NCBI GenBank assembly: GCA_044892525.1
Contig: CM097885.1
Coordinates: 4,776,001-4,840,000 of the forward strand
Length of the DNA stretch: 64,000 bases
Direction: 5' to 3'
Source: Schmidtea polychroa
Taxonomy: Eukaryota
The first letter of the stretch is position 1. Each line of letters opens with the position of its first letter. Under the pieces are notes generated by a model, which worked only from the letters and a program-made list of their open reading frames with translations, searched no databases and was not told the DNA's origin. Both the position numbers and the translations under genes were made by a program. This document shows, piece by piece, positions 13,594 through 27,181 of this stretch.

Positions 13594-14406
13594 CTAAAAC
13601 AAACTTTTCCATATTTCAGCTTCTTCTCTATCCAAATAAATATAATTATATTTTTCTTTCCAATGATTATCAACAAACATATCAAACATATTGTTATCAG
13701 GTTCAACATTTGAAAATAAATCATTATAAATCATATTCTTATCACGGCGATCTAATTTAAAAAATATAAAACAATTAGAATTATTTCTTATTGAATTTTT
13801 ATCTAAAGCATAATATGTTTGAGATATATAAATAACATTACAATTATTATGTCTTCCTCTTGTAAAGTAACTCTTTTGAATCTCTTGATTTTTCATATTA
13901 ACAACATCATCAAATATAACTAGATTCTTTTTATCTTTAGGAAGTAAATCACAATGTAAAACATTTTCAGGTTTATTAGAGAATAAAACTTGAATCGCCT
14001 CTGCCTGCTCCTCATCTTCACAGATGTAATCATTTTTATTACTAATATCTGATTCTAAAATCTTTTCCTTATACCAATCAACCATATCACAAGGATGAAA
14101 AACTTCTTCAGGACATCTATGTTGATTTCTAAAAATATCAATTATTGCTTTTTTAGTTAATTTATTTTCAAATCCACATTTCAAAAGTTGTAATTCTGGT
14201 TGATTTATGGTTGTAGAATAAAAGATTAAATTATTATAATCTAAAAAACCATCATCAAGTAACATTTTCAAAACAAGTACATTCTTTCCACATCCAGAAG
14301 ATCCAACAATTAATAATCTTAAATTATCAGGAAATACTTTATTATTAAATTTAGATTTATGTCTATTTAAAATTGGTTTCCAAATTATTGGACTTCGTAC
14401 ATCCAT
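13594..14406 (-). CDS. Polinton packaging ATPase (A32/FtsK-like)
   Basis: Walker A GSSGCGKN, Walker B LVIFDD, RGRHNNCNVIYISQTY, IRNN motifs. Confidence 0.92.
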   Translation of the reverse strand: MDVRSPIIWKPILNRHKSKFNNKVFPDNLRLLIVGSSGCGKNVLVLKMLLDDGFLDYNNLIFYSTTINQPELQLLKCGFENKLTKKAIIDIFRNQHRCPEEVFHPCDMVDWYKEKILESDISNKNDYICEDEEQAEAIQVLFSNKPENVLHCDLLPKDKKNLVIFDDVVNMKNQEIQKSYFTRGRHNNCNVIYISQTYYALDKNSIRNNSNCFIFFKLDRRDKNMIYNDLFSNVEPDNNMFDMFVDNHWKEKYNYIYLDREEAEIWKSLF

Positions 14407-15037
14407 TTTATTTATTATAAAATGACCTCAAAGAGTTCCTCTACTGAAGAATCTTTGCAAGAATTAATAAATTCAAATAAAAATAAATCAATAGTAATTG
14501 ATGGTAAAAAATATTTTATTGGAAAACATGTAAAAGAACAAGTTAGAGCGAAGCTGAAGAAGGCGGCATTCTTCCATTAGCTGCTTTAATACCTGCAATC
14601 ATTGCTGGTTTATCAGGTGCTGCTGGAATAGCTGGAGGAATTGCAACTACAGTTCAAAAAGCTAAAGAATCTCAAAAGACAGACCTAGAAAAAGAAAAAC
14701 TACAAACTGAAATCGATTCAATGAAGAAGGTAGGGCAAGCTAAGGGAAAAGGCCTCTATCTTAATCCATATGAGGGGACTCTGTCTGAAGGTCAAAAGTC
14801 TCAGGGGACTCTGTCCAAGGGAAAGGGTCTCTATCTTGATCCTTATAAAGGTAGAGGTTTAAATGATTTTTTAAAAAATCAAATTTCTACATCTGAATCT
14901 TTATCTTCAAAAGATAAAGAAGATTTAAAAAAAATATGTAAATCTTTAAAGAATGGATGCAGTAGTGGGATGTGTCACCACTGGCACATGTCACCTCTGG
15001 GGGGGTAAACGAAAAAATTTTTCAAGGTCAAATTTTA

Positions 15038-15460
15038 AACAAAGACATATGACTCATCAAGGTCATTGAAACAAAGACCATGACTCATCTTATGACGCAT
15101 CAAGGTCATTGAAACAAAGACCATGACTCATCCTATGAATCATCAAGGTCATTGAAACAAAGACCGTGACTCATCGAGGTCATTGAAACAAAGACCGTGA
15201 CCCATCGAGGTCATTGGATGACTCGCCAAGGTCATTGGATGACTCACCAAGGTCATTGAAACAAAGACCATGACTCATTCAAGGTCATTAGATAACTCAT
15301 CAAGGTCATTGAAACAAAGACCATGACTCATTCAAGGTCAATGGATGACTCATCAAGATCATATTTTTAAGGTCAAAGTCATATTTTTAAGGCCAAGGTC
15401 ATATTTTTAAGGTCAATGTCATATTTTTAAGGTCAAGGTCATATTTTTAAAGTCAAACGT
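15038..15460 (+). repeat. Tandem array of ~30-40 bp units containing TGACTCA and TCAAGGTCA
   Basis: Unit 'tcaaggtcattgaaacaaagaccatgactca' repeated with variants, followed by 'aaggtcatatttttaaggtc' units. Confidence 0.9.
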
Positions 15461-15713
15461 TCACTAAAGGGTATCATTCGAAAGGTATTTGAGAGATCTA
15501 TCTAATGGTCATACCCTCGAAGGTATATGATGGGTCAATAACCTTCAAAGGGTCAAAAACCTTCTAATTTTTTCAAACTTTATAATATATATATATATAT
15601 ATATATATCAGTCGAAAGGTATTTGAGAGGTAAGTATGATGGTCATACCCTCGAAGGTGAATGGTGGGTCAATAACCTTCAAAGGGTATCCAAAATTAAA
15701 TATTTTTAAAATC

Positions 15714-15802
<89 letters not shown>

Positions 15803-17384
15803 TTCAAAAGTACTTTTGATGGTGAGTTCGAAGGTCCAAGGGTCCAAGGTTCAAAAATTTTAAAACCTTATAATATACATATCAAACAAAAGGTATTTGA
15901 GATGTAAGTATCATGGTCATACTTTCAAAGGTTTATGAATGGTCTTGAAACTTCAAACCTTCAAAGGGTCCAAAACCTTTAAAAATTATACATATAGATA
16001 TATACATGTCAAATAAAAGGTAATACAAAGGTGAGCATGATAATCATACCCTTGAAGGTCATACTCTCGAAAGGGTCCAAGGTTCAAATTTTTTAAAACC
16101 TCATAATATACATATCAAATAAAAGGTAATACAAAGGTGAGTATGATGGTCATACCCTTGAAGGGCATACCCTCGAAAGGGTCCAAGGTTCAAATTTTTT
16201 AAAACCTCATAATATACATATCAAATAAAAGGTAATTCAAAGGTGAGTTCGAAGGTCCATAGGTCGAAGGGTCCAAGGTTCAAATTTTAGAAACATTATA
16301 ATATACATATCAAACAAAAGGTAATTCAAAGATGAATATGATGGTCTAAGTTTGAAGGTCAAAGAGTCCAAGGATCCAAGGTTTAAATTTTTCAAACCTT
16401 ATATTATACATATCAAACAAACGGTAATAAAAAAGTACTCATCGATGACTCATTTATTTTTTGAACAAATGCAATGACGCGCCCATGGAATTTATTATTT
16501 ATTACTATCAATAGTATTATTATTATTTATTATTATTAATTTCAATATTATTTATTATTATCAATAGTATTATTATTATTTTCGAAAATATTTTCAAAAT
16601 TTATTATTAATATTACTATTATTATTATCATCAAGTTTTAATTATCAAGGAAATTTAAACAAAGACCATGACTCAGTCGCTGAGTCATCAAGGTCATTCT
16701 ATTTTTAGTAACATTTTGAATATATTTTTAGTAACATTTTTGATCCGATCATTGATCCGATGACTCGCCAAGGTCGTTCTATTTTTAGTAACAAAGACAT
16801 CTATTTTTGTTCCAGCGGTTTATTTTTGTTTTAATTATAGATTAAGAAATAATTTAATTTTGTTTAAATCGTTGATTATTTAATAATATTTTTATTTTTG
16901 TTTTAATTATCGAATACGTAATAATTTAATTTTGTTTAAATTGTTAATTATATAATAATATTTTTATTTTTGTTTTAATTATTGAATACGTAATAATTTA
17001 ATTTTGTTTAAATTGTTAATTATATAATAATAATTTTATTTTTTGTTTTAATTATCGAATACATAATAATTTCATTTTGTTTAAATCGTTGATTATGTAA
17101 TAATAATATTTTTGTTTTGATTTTCGATTACTCAATAATTTAATTTTGTTTAAATCGTTGATTATATAATATTTTTTGTTTTAATTATTGATTACGTAAT
17201 AATTTAATTTATCATTATTATTGGGAAAGATAATAATGCCGCGCGGAAGATGTTATTTTCAAAATTATTATTTTCGAAGTTTTAATTAATATTATTATAG
17301 AGTCCGAGTTTATCCGACAAAATATTGTGTCCCCCTATGTGTATTTGTCGTAAGGGTACTAGTCACATTCAACATGTCCCAAGG

Positions 17385-17434
<50 letters not shown>

Positions 17435-17910
17435 ACTTTATAATTATTATTTTATTATTTTCAAGGTCATATTATTATTTTTCAAAATATTATTATTTTT
17501 CTAAATAGTTTTATTTTCAAGGTCATATTATTATTTTTCAAAATATTATTATTTTATTATTTTCAATATCATATTATTATTTTTCAAAATATTATTATTC
17601 TCAAGGTCATATTATTACTTTTTCAAATATTATTATTTTCAAGGTCATATTATTATTCTTCAAAATATTATTAATTTCAAGGTCATATTATTATTTTTCA
17701 AATATTATTATTTTCAAGGTCATATTATTATTCTTCAAAATATTATTAATTTCAAGGTCATATTATTATTTTTCAAAATATTATTATTCTCAAGGTCATA
17801 TCATTATTTGTTCCATATGTTTGAAAAACTGTAGTAGATGTCAGAGTTGTGGTGTTATAATCGATGAATCTCATTCAGTGTATTTTGTGAAATTAATGTT
17901 GTAAAACTCC

Positions 17911-18001
<91 letters not shown>

Positions 18002-18007
18002 TATTAC

Positions 18008-18067
<60 letters not shown>

Positions 18068-18407
18068 TATTATTATTATTATTATTTGCGAAGTTCTTAT
18101 TATTTTATTTTCGATGTTTTATTATTATTTACTTCATAATTCATAATTCATAATTTTTAACGTTTTCATCATTTTCAACATTTTCATCATTTTCATAATT
18201 TTCAAGATTTTCATAATTTTCACGATTTTCAATATTTTCAAAATTATTTTCAAATTTCTTATTATTTATTTTCAAAGTATATTATTATTATTATTATAAT
18301 ATATGCTCCTAGTCTATCCGACAAAATATTTTGTCCCCCTATGGGTACTGCTCACACTCAACAGGTTGCAAGGGTACTAGTCATGCTTATTATTATTGTT
18401 ATACAAT

Positions 18408-18707
18408 ATGATGTTACTTAGACATTTGAAGCTTCTACCATGGTTACAATTTCTAGATTTTGAAAACACTAATTTGATTTTTGAATGGATAGCAAAACCC
18501 GATTTGATTGAAAATAATCTAACGGAAAAACTGTACGATGTTAAGAAACGGTATTTAACTTGTTCAATTTGTAAAGAAAATCAAGTTTCGGTTTTGTATT
18601 TGCCGTGTGGTCACGTAATTGTTTGTTCTAAGTGTCACGAGAAGAATGTTCACAATTGTCAAGCCTGTTCAACACTGATTAATGAATATCATAATATATA
18701 CATGTAA
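18408..18707 (+). CDS. Small IAP-type C3HC4 RING-finger protein (left-arm copy, 99 aa from first ATG)
   Basis: CSICKENQVSVLYLPCGHVIVCSKCHEKNVHNCQAC with terminal NIYM. Confidence 0.85.
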   Translation: MMLLRHLKLLPWLQFLDFENTNLIFEWIAKPDLIENNLTEKLYDVKKRYLTCSICKENQVSVLYLPCGHVIVCSKCHEKNVHNCQACSTLINEYHNIYM

Positions 18708-20462
18708 GTTCTCAATACAAATCAATACAAAGTCAAATGAATTATTACCATACATAATGACGGTACTATAATGTAGGAAATTTTCAAACATTGAATAATA
18801 TGAAATCATCTTGGTAATTAAATATATTGGGCGCAACTACCAAATGTTGATGATATGATGGATGGTTTGACATTTATGATATTATTTTTAGATTATTCAG
18901 AATGAAATATACCCATGAGTTCATCAAAATGGGAAAAAGATCTTCTCAAGAACCATGAAGATGCTGGAAAGGCCGAAGAAACCCTAACCAATATTTTAAA
19001 GTTGAAATTATGTGTTACAGTATTATTACTGTTTCGTAAATAAATGTTTAATTTGTTTTTATAAATTTATTGTTTTATTTCAATACTTTTTGATTAAAAC
19101 ATATTCATTTTGTTTTAATATTTGTATTAAATTTTTAAATAGTGTTATTTATATATATGGAAATTTACATACAATTATATTTACAATTATTATAAATCAT
19201 AATGATGCTTTTCTTCTGTTCATTGATTCTCCTCTGATATTACTGCCATAATCATCTTCGACAAAATGTAAAGATAATATTTCTAGTGTCTTTGTTAATC
19301 ATGCCCATTTATTGCAAAGTCTTTGTTAATTATGCACTTGTATTGCAAATTTATTAGTCATACAATTATATTATTTTTTTTTCATGCCCTGACATAATAT
19401 TATTATTTTTAATTTTATTATTATGATTATTTAACAATACCATATAGCAAATTTTTAGGGAATTTAGTGAAAAGTACATGGTTATTTTAAATATAGGAAT
19501 TTCTTAAGTAAAATATTGCCAGATAAATTTACCAATTTAGTTAGAAATCCATGGTTTTTGGCTGTACCATTTAATTAAAATATTCTTGGATTCATAACAA
19601 TTTTTTTTTATATAGTTGATAGTAATACCAATTATCTCAATTATTTAACTAGAAACATAACAGAATTCTTAGGTAATATAGTATTTTTTAGTTAATTTAT
19701 AAATATTATCTGACATTTTGATGTGTTTGACAACAAATTATTCAATAAAAACCATAGCATATTGTAAGTTTTTATATAAAGTCTGAATTTATCCGACAAT
19801 ATATTTTGTCCCCCTATGTGTATTTGTCGTAAGGGTACTGCTTACATTCAACATGTCTCAAGGGTATATTAATTAAAGCACATGTATAGTAGTTAAAAAT
19901 TCTTAGGTAATTTAGTGAGAAATGGATGATCATAGATATCAGAAATTCGTGAATATTTTGAATGTAACTTACCGAATTCTCATTTCGAGCGACTAATTTA
20001 TTGGTTAACTTTGTCATGTTTAGTCATGTAAAATAATATTAAGCAAAAGGTAAGATATGAATATTTAGTATTTCATAGGTAATTTATTCATGTAATGTTC
20101 ATTACAATAGTTAATACAACTTCGTGAGAAATGCATATTCATTAATAACAACATATATTTATTGATAATTTTGGTAGAAAGTCTTTATCATTTGGAGTAA
20201 ATGTCTATCTTTGTTTGAGGCAAAAAGGAGTCATAATAGAAACATGATCATTTAGTTATCATTTAACCAATTAAGGTGCTTATTAGTTAGAAATATAGGG
20301 TTACAATTCTTTTCTTATTTATTGAGATGATCATTGCGCCCAATATAATTAATTACCAAGATGATTTCATATTATTCAATGTTTGAAAATTTCCTACATT
20401 ATAGTACCGTCATTATGTATGGTAATAATTCATTTGACTTTGTATTGATTTGTATTGAGAAC

Positions 20463-20762
20463 TTACATGTATATATTATGATATTCATTAATCAGTGTTG
20501 AACAGGCTTGACAATTGTGAACATTCTTCTCGTGACACTTAGAACAAACAATTACGTGACCACACGGTAAATACAAAACCGAAACTTGATTTTCTTTACA
20601 AATTGAACAAGTTAAATACCGTTTCTTAACATCGTACAGTTTTTCCTTTAGATTATTTTCAATCAAATCGGTTTTTGCTATCCATTCAAAAATCAAATTA
20701 GTGTTTTCAAAATCTAGAAATTGTAACCATGGTAGAACCTTCAAATGTCTAAGTAACATCAT
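20463..20762 (-). CDS. Small IAP-type RING-finger protein (right-arm copy)
   Basis: Inverted copy of 18408-18707; 3 amino-acid differences, all N-terminal to the RING. Confidence 0.85.
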   Translation of the reverse strand: MMLLRHLKVLPWLQFLDFENTNLIFEWIAKTDLIENNLKEKLYDVKKRYLTCSICKENQVSVLYLPCGHVIVCSKCHEKNVHNCQACSTLINEYHNIYM

Positions 20763-21395
20763 ATTGTATAACAATAATAATAAGCATGACTAGTACCCTT
20801 GCAACCTGTTGAGTGTGAGCAGTACCCATAGGGAGACAAAATATTTTGTCGGATAGACTAGGAGCATATATAATAATAATAATAATAATATACTTTGAAA
20901 ATAAATAATAAGAAATTTGAAAATAATTTTGAAAATATTGAAAATCGTGAAAATTATGAAAATCGTGAAAATTATGAAAATGATAAAAATGTTGAAAATG
21001 ATGAAAACGTTAAAAATTATGAATTATGAATTATGAAGTAAATAATAATAAAACATCGAAAATAAAATAATAAGAACTTCGCAAAAAATAATAATAATAA
21101 TAGTAATAATTAAAATAACAATAATAATAATATACTTTGAAAATAATTCTTTGAAAATAATTCTTTGAAAATAATACTTTGAAAAATATTCGATGAAAAG
21201 TTTCTGAAATAATCATGAAAATGTTGAAAATCGTGAAAATATTGAAAAATGTTGAAAATGATGAAAATATTGAAAATGATGAAAACGTTAAAATTTATGA
21301 AAATGTTCCTAAAAATAATCATCAAATATTGAAAATCGTAAATTGATGCAGAAAATAAAATAATAAGAACTTCACAAATAATAATAATAATAATA

Positions 21396-21516
<121 letters not shown>

Positions 21517-21747
21517 GGAGTTTTACAACATTAATTTCACAAAATACACTGAATGAGATTCATCGATTATGACACCACAACTCTGACATCTACTACAGTT
21601 TTTCAAACATATGGAACAAATAATGATATGACCTTGAGAATAATAATATTTTGAAAAATAATAATATGATATTGAAAATAATAAAATAATAATATTTTGA
21701 AAAATAAAAATATGACCTTGAAAATAATAAAATAATAATTATAAAGT

Positions 21748-21794
<47 letters not shown>

Positions 21795-23170
21795 CCTTGG
21801 GACATGTTGAATGTGACTAGTACCCTTACGACAAATACACATAGGGGGACACAATATTTTGACTCTATAATAATATTGATTAAAACTTCGAAAATAATAA
21901 TTTTGAAAATAACATCTTCCGCGCGGCATTAATATCTTTCCCAATAATAATGATAAATTAAATTATTACGTAATCAATAATTAAAACAAAAAATATTATA
22001 TAAGCAACGATTTAAACAAAATGAAATTATTATGTATTCGATAATTAAAACAAAAAATAAAATTATTATTATATAATTAACAATTTAAACAAAATTAAAT
22101 TATTACGTTTTCAATAATTAAAACAAAAATAAAAATATTATTATATAATTAACAATTTAAACAAAATTAAATTATTACGTATTCGATAATTAAAACAAAA
22201 ATAAAAATATTATTAAATAATCAACGATTTAAACAAAATTAAATTATTTCGTAATCGATAATTAAAACAAAAATAAACCGCTGGAACAAAAATAGATGTC
22301 TTTGTTACTAAAAATAGAACGACCTTGGCGAGTCATCGGATCAATGATCGGATCAAAAATGTTACTAAAAATATATTCAATGGCGCGTCATTGCATTTGT
22401 TCAAAAAATAAATGAGTCATCGATGAGTACTTTTTTATTACCGTTTGTTTGATATGTATATTATAAGGTTTGAAAAATTTAAACCTTGGATCCTTGGACT
22501 CTTTGACCTTCAAACTTAGACCATCATATTCATCTTTGAATTACCTTTTGTTTGATATGTATATTATAATGTTTCTAAAATTTGAACCTTGGACCCTTCG
22601 ACCTATGGACCTTCGAACTCACCTTCGAATTACCTTTTATTTGATATGTATATTATGAGGTTTTAAAAAATTTGAACCTTGGACCCTTTCGAGGGTATGC
22701 CCTTCAAGGGTATGACCATCATACTCACCTTTGTATTACCTTTTATTTGATATGTATATTATGAGGTTTTAAAAAATTTGAACCTTGGACCCTTTCGAGG
22801 GTATGACCTTCAAGGGTATGACCATCATACTCACCTTTGTATTACCTTTTATTTGATATGTATATTATGAGGTTTTAAAAAATTTGAACCTTGGACCCTT
22901 TCGAAGGTATGACCTTCAAGAGTATGATTATCATGATCACCTTTGTATTACCTTTTATTTGACATGTATATATCTATATGTATAATTTTTAAAGGTTTTG
23001 GACCCTTTGAAGGTTTGAAGTTTCAAGACCATTCATAAACCTTTGAAAGTATGACCATGATACTTACATCTCAAATACCTTTTGTTTGATATGTATATTA
23101 TAAGGTTTTAAAATTTTTGAACCTTGGACCCTTGGACCTTCGAACTCACCATCAAAAGTACTTTTGAATG

Positions 23171-23201
<31 letters not shown>

Positions 23202-23424
23202 GATTTTAAAAATATTTAATTTTGGATACCCTTTGAAGGTTATTGACCCACCATTCACCTTCGAGGGTATGACCATCATACTTACCTCTCAAATACCTTT
23301 CGACTGATATATATATTATGAGGTTTGAAAAAATTCGAAGGTTTTTGACCCTTTTAAGGTTATTGACCCACCATATACCTTCGAGGGTATGACCATTAGA
23401 TAGATCTCTCAAATACCTTTCGAA

Positions 23425-23486
<62 letters not shown>

Positions 23487-23781
23487 AAGTTTGAAAAAAT
23501 TCGAAGGTTTTTTACCCTTAGAAGGCCGAGGACCCACCATACACCTTCGAGGGTATGACCATTAGATAGACCTCTCAAATACCTTTCGAATGATACCCTT
23601 TAGTAAAGGTTTGACTTTAAAAATATGACCTTGACCTTAAAAATATGACCTTGACCCCAGAGGTGACATGTGCCAGTGGTGACACATCCCACTACTGGAT
23701 GCCTTTGTAAAACTAAAAATGGTAAAGGTTTATACTTGAAGCCCTTCGAGCCCCATTGATACCATTTTTAATACCATAAAA

Positions 23782-24626
23782 ATGGTATATGAAGAAAGAT
23801 TATACTTTTAAAAAAATTACAATCTGAACAAGATAAATATAATAAAAAAGATACAACTCAACATGCTGAATCTATAATATTAAATGAGGTAATAACACAA
23901 CAACAGGGGCCAACAATTAAAGCTATAGAGGGACTTAAAACTATAGAAGCTCCTCTAACCCCTGAACTTAAAGCTATAGAACCTTCTAAAAAGGAATTAT
24001 CAAGATTAATGGGTTTAAGAAAACGTAGAAATACTATTGATTTAGAAGAAGATGAATTTCTTTCAAGATTAACACCTCTTAAGACTCCAATTAATTTTAA
24101 AATTAATACATCACTAGCTCCATCAATTATACCTACTATAGGTTATGATCCTAGAGGTTTTCAAACAATAACAATTAATAATCAAAAATTTTATATATAT
24201 TTAAATTCAAAAAATAATCCAGCGATTATTTCAATAAATACTTTTATGAATAGAGAGCGTGTAGACATTGAACTTTCAGATGGTTTTCATGGATTAATTT
24301 CTGGATATCTTCCAGATGATGTTAAGAAAGAAGAAATTGATAAATATTTAAACTTAATAAAATTAATACATGGTAGTTCTAAAGCAAAACATATTCAAGA
24401 TTTAAAGAATTATTTAAATAAAAATGAAAAGGGTTATGTTGTTACAGAGGGTAAGGGGATGCCTGTGGCTGCAAACCCAATCAATCTTTTTATTGAATTA
24501 AGAAAACTATTAGCAGCTAAAAAAGCAGGACATAATAATTTAGATTCTGATATTTTAAAGATTTCTAAAGATTTGTTAAAACAAGGAATAATTTCAAAAG
24601 ATAAATTTAATAAGTATATAAAATGA
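23782..24626 (+). CDS. Polinton uncharacterised/core protein, probably frameshifted near its 5' end
   Basis: ORF 24009-24626 is open upstream to ~23811; ATG at 23782 is out of frame. C-terminal EGKGM...LLAAKKAGHNN; lies directly before the protease. Confidence 0.6.
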
Positions 24627-25108
24627 CTCCTTCAATATTAGATTTTTTAAAAACATTTGGAATAAATGCAAAAACAAATTTTGATTTAAAAGATTATGCA
24701 GATTATTTAAATTTAAAAATAAAAATATTAATGAATAATGAATTGAAAGGTCCGAAGGTCAAAGGTCAAAGGGTCACTCCAAAGAATATAATAATCAATT
24801 ATCAAAATTCAAATGAAAAAGGATCTCATTGGGTTTGTATATATATGGACGAAGTCCCAATCTACTTTGATTCTTTTGGGATTAAACCCACTAAAGAAGT
24901 TGAAGACTATCTGTCCGGGGTGAGCTCGAAGAGAGACTATACTTTTAATTCTTTACAAGTTCAACCTAATAATACTAACATATGTGGTATTTTAAGCTTA
25001 TATGTTTTGTATAGATTGAATAAATCTCAAGGGACTCTGTCCAAAGGGGACTACTGTTTCACTTCCTTAATCCAAGAAATTTATAATGATTTAAAATCTC
25101 TACTATAA
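24623..25108 (+). CDS. Adenain-like cysteine protease
   Basis: GSHWVC, YFDSFG and Q...ICG catalytic motifs. Confidence 0.92.
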   Translation: MTPSILDFLKTFGINAKTNFDLKDYADYLNLKIKILMNNELKGPKVKGQRVTPKNIIINYQNSNEKGSHWVCIYMDEVPIYFDSFGIKPTKEVEDYLSGVSSKRDYTFNSLQVQPNNTNICGILSLYVLYRLNKSQGTLSKGDYCFTSLIQEIYNDLKSLL

Positions 25109-25111
25109 GAA

Positions 25112-25819
25112 ATGGAAGATAATTTAAAAAAAATGGTAAACATAATGTCAGATAAATATTCAAGAACTTTATCTATAAATTCAAAAGAATCAGACTTTAC
25201 TATAAATTTTGAAGATTCAATAAAATTAGATCAAAATTTAAATTATGAATTAGGTCTATTATGGCTTTGTGCTTATAATACTATTTTTAATATAACTAAA
25301 GATATTAACACATTTAGTTATGTAAGCCCCCCAAAAACGGAGTATAACATAAAAGATTTAAATAATATACTTTCTAAAAAAACAAATGGAGCTATTGAAA
25401 TTAAAATAGATTTACCAACTTCAAAATGTATAATGACTTTAAAGAATATAGGACTTAGGTTTCAAAATAATAGTTTCTTTAGAACAATTTTAGGATTTAC
25501 ACAAAACCATTATACCACACCTGAAGTTACATCAGAAAATATTATAAAAATAATAAATACAAACACAATAAATATTCATTGCGATTGTATAACAGGTTCT
25601 TATAACAATGGTAAACAAAGTAATATTTTATATTCCTTTCCCTCAAACACAGTTCCTATGGGATATAAAATAGTTGAAAGAATGAATCCTCCAAATTATT
25701 TACCTTTATGTAGAAAATATATAATGGATATTAATTTTAAAATTCTTAATCAAGAAGGAGAATTGATTGATTTTAATGGAGAAGAGATTTCAATGTATTT
25801 ACATTTGAAACAGGTTTGA
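25112..25819 (+). CDS. Minor capsid protein (penton-like, single jelly roll)
   Basis: ILGF, INIHCDCITGSYNNG..ILYSF, YLPL and ILNQEGELIDFNGEEISMYLHLK motifs typical of Polinton minor capsid proteins. Confidence 0.85.
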   Translation: MEDNLKKMVNIMSDKYSRTLSINSKESDFTINFEDSIKLDQNLNYELGLLWLCAYNTIFNITKDINTFSYVSPPKTEYNIKDLNNILSKKTNGAIEIKIDLPTSKCIMTLKNIGLRFQNNSFFRTILGFTQNHYTTPEVTSENIIKIINTNTINIHCDCITGSYNNGKQSNILYSFPSNTVPMGYKIVERMNPPNYLPLCRKYIMDINFKILNQEGELIDFNGEEISMYLHLKQV

Positions 25820-25843
25820 AGATTCATTTTAAATTATTAATAA

Positions 25844-27103
25844 ATGAGTTCTTATATTCCTTGTAATAGAGGTGGTGGAACAATAAAAACAGGGTTTAAT
25901 ACAGAAGAAATATTAACTTTAACAGAAAATAAATATATTAATGAAAGAGGTGATTCAATGAAGGGAGATTTAAATTTAAATGGACACAAGATAAAAGATT
26001 TATCTTAACCAATTGATGAAGGTGATGCTGCTAATAAAAATTATACTGATTTAACAACAACAAGAATTGAAAGTTCATTAACAACAAAAATTGATTCAAT
26101 GGAATCAAAGCTTAATAATATCGAACAACGATTTAATGATAAATTTGACAAGTTACAAAGTCTGTTAACTGAACAAGTTGTAAAGTTAAATACTAGTATA
26201 TTAAATTCTAAAGATAAACAAATTATGAATACTAAATTTAATACAATATATAATATAATAAATGAGATGATTACATCATTTAATAAAAGACTTTCAAATT
26301 TAGAGTCTCATACGACACACATTAATACCACACATAGTATTATAAAAAGAGCTGCTGAATTAGAACAGAATAAAACATTATTACCCCATACATATAAACA
26401 TTTTATAGAACCAACTTTAATAACAACAAATAGTAAAGAATGGGGTGTTTTTATGGTTGTAAAGATTATTGATCCTTATTTCTTTTTATTTGATGATGAT
26501 AATGAAAGAATGAAATGGTTTGTGAAATGTGATTATAATAGTAAGTTTGAAAAGGGTGATGTTATAATAAGTGGACCTTCAGCTCCCACAGAACTTGAAA
26601 TTATGAGAGTAAAAGAATTTAAATCAGAAACATTACATTTACAAGATTTATTAAAACATTATAAAAAAATTAAAAATAGATGGAATAAAGGGAATACAGT
26701 TTTAAAAGTTATAGGTTATTCTTTAGGATTTGCATCTGCATTATTAACAGTTATTTTACCTATAACTTTTCCAGTTTTAACACTTGCGCCAGTAATACTT
26801 GGAAGTATTTCTGTAGCTGATGGTTTCTTAACTGAAATAGTTTCATTATCTTATACTTCAAAAAAGAAAAGTTTATATCGTGAAGTTTGTTTATCAATAG
26901 AATTAGGAATCTCTAAATTATTTTTATTTCAATTAAAAGCTTTGGAAGATGGAATCTTAACTGATGATGAAAAAATGAAATCAAATCAAATAATACAAGA
27001 TATTAAAAATAATATTAATAGATTAAAAAGTGCTAATGTTATAACTAATAAATATTCTAAAAAAATTAAAAGGGAGAAATGGTTAAAGAATTCTTATTTA
27101 TAA
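25844..27103 (+). pseudogene. Fibre-like N-terminus, coiled coil and membrane-associated C-terminus; in-frame stop at 26006-26008
   Basis: GDSMKGDLNLNGHKIKDLS*PIDEGDAANKNYTD is in frame with ORF 26099-27103, which has a long hydrophobic stretch and KALEDGILTDDE. Confidence 0.6.
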
Positions 27104-27181
27104 AATGGGTGTATTTTTAAAAAAGTAGATCAGGTTGCTATAGTTGCTTAAATTAATTGTCGACATTTTATTATTAAAAAA

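Noticed and set aside
15038..15460. CRISPR-like appearance of regularly spaced repeats
   Set aside because: Units are tandem without unique spacers, the context is eukaryotic and there are no cas genes.
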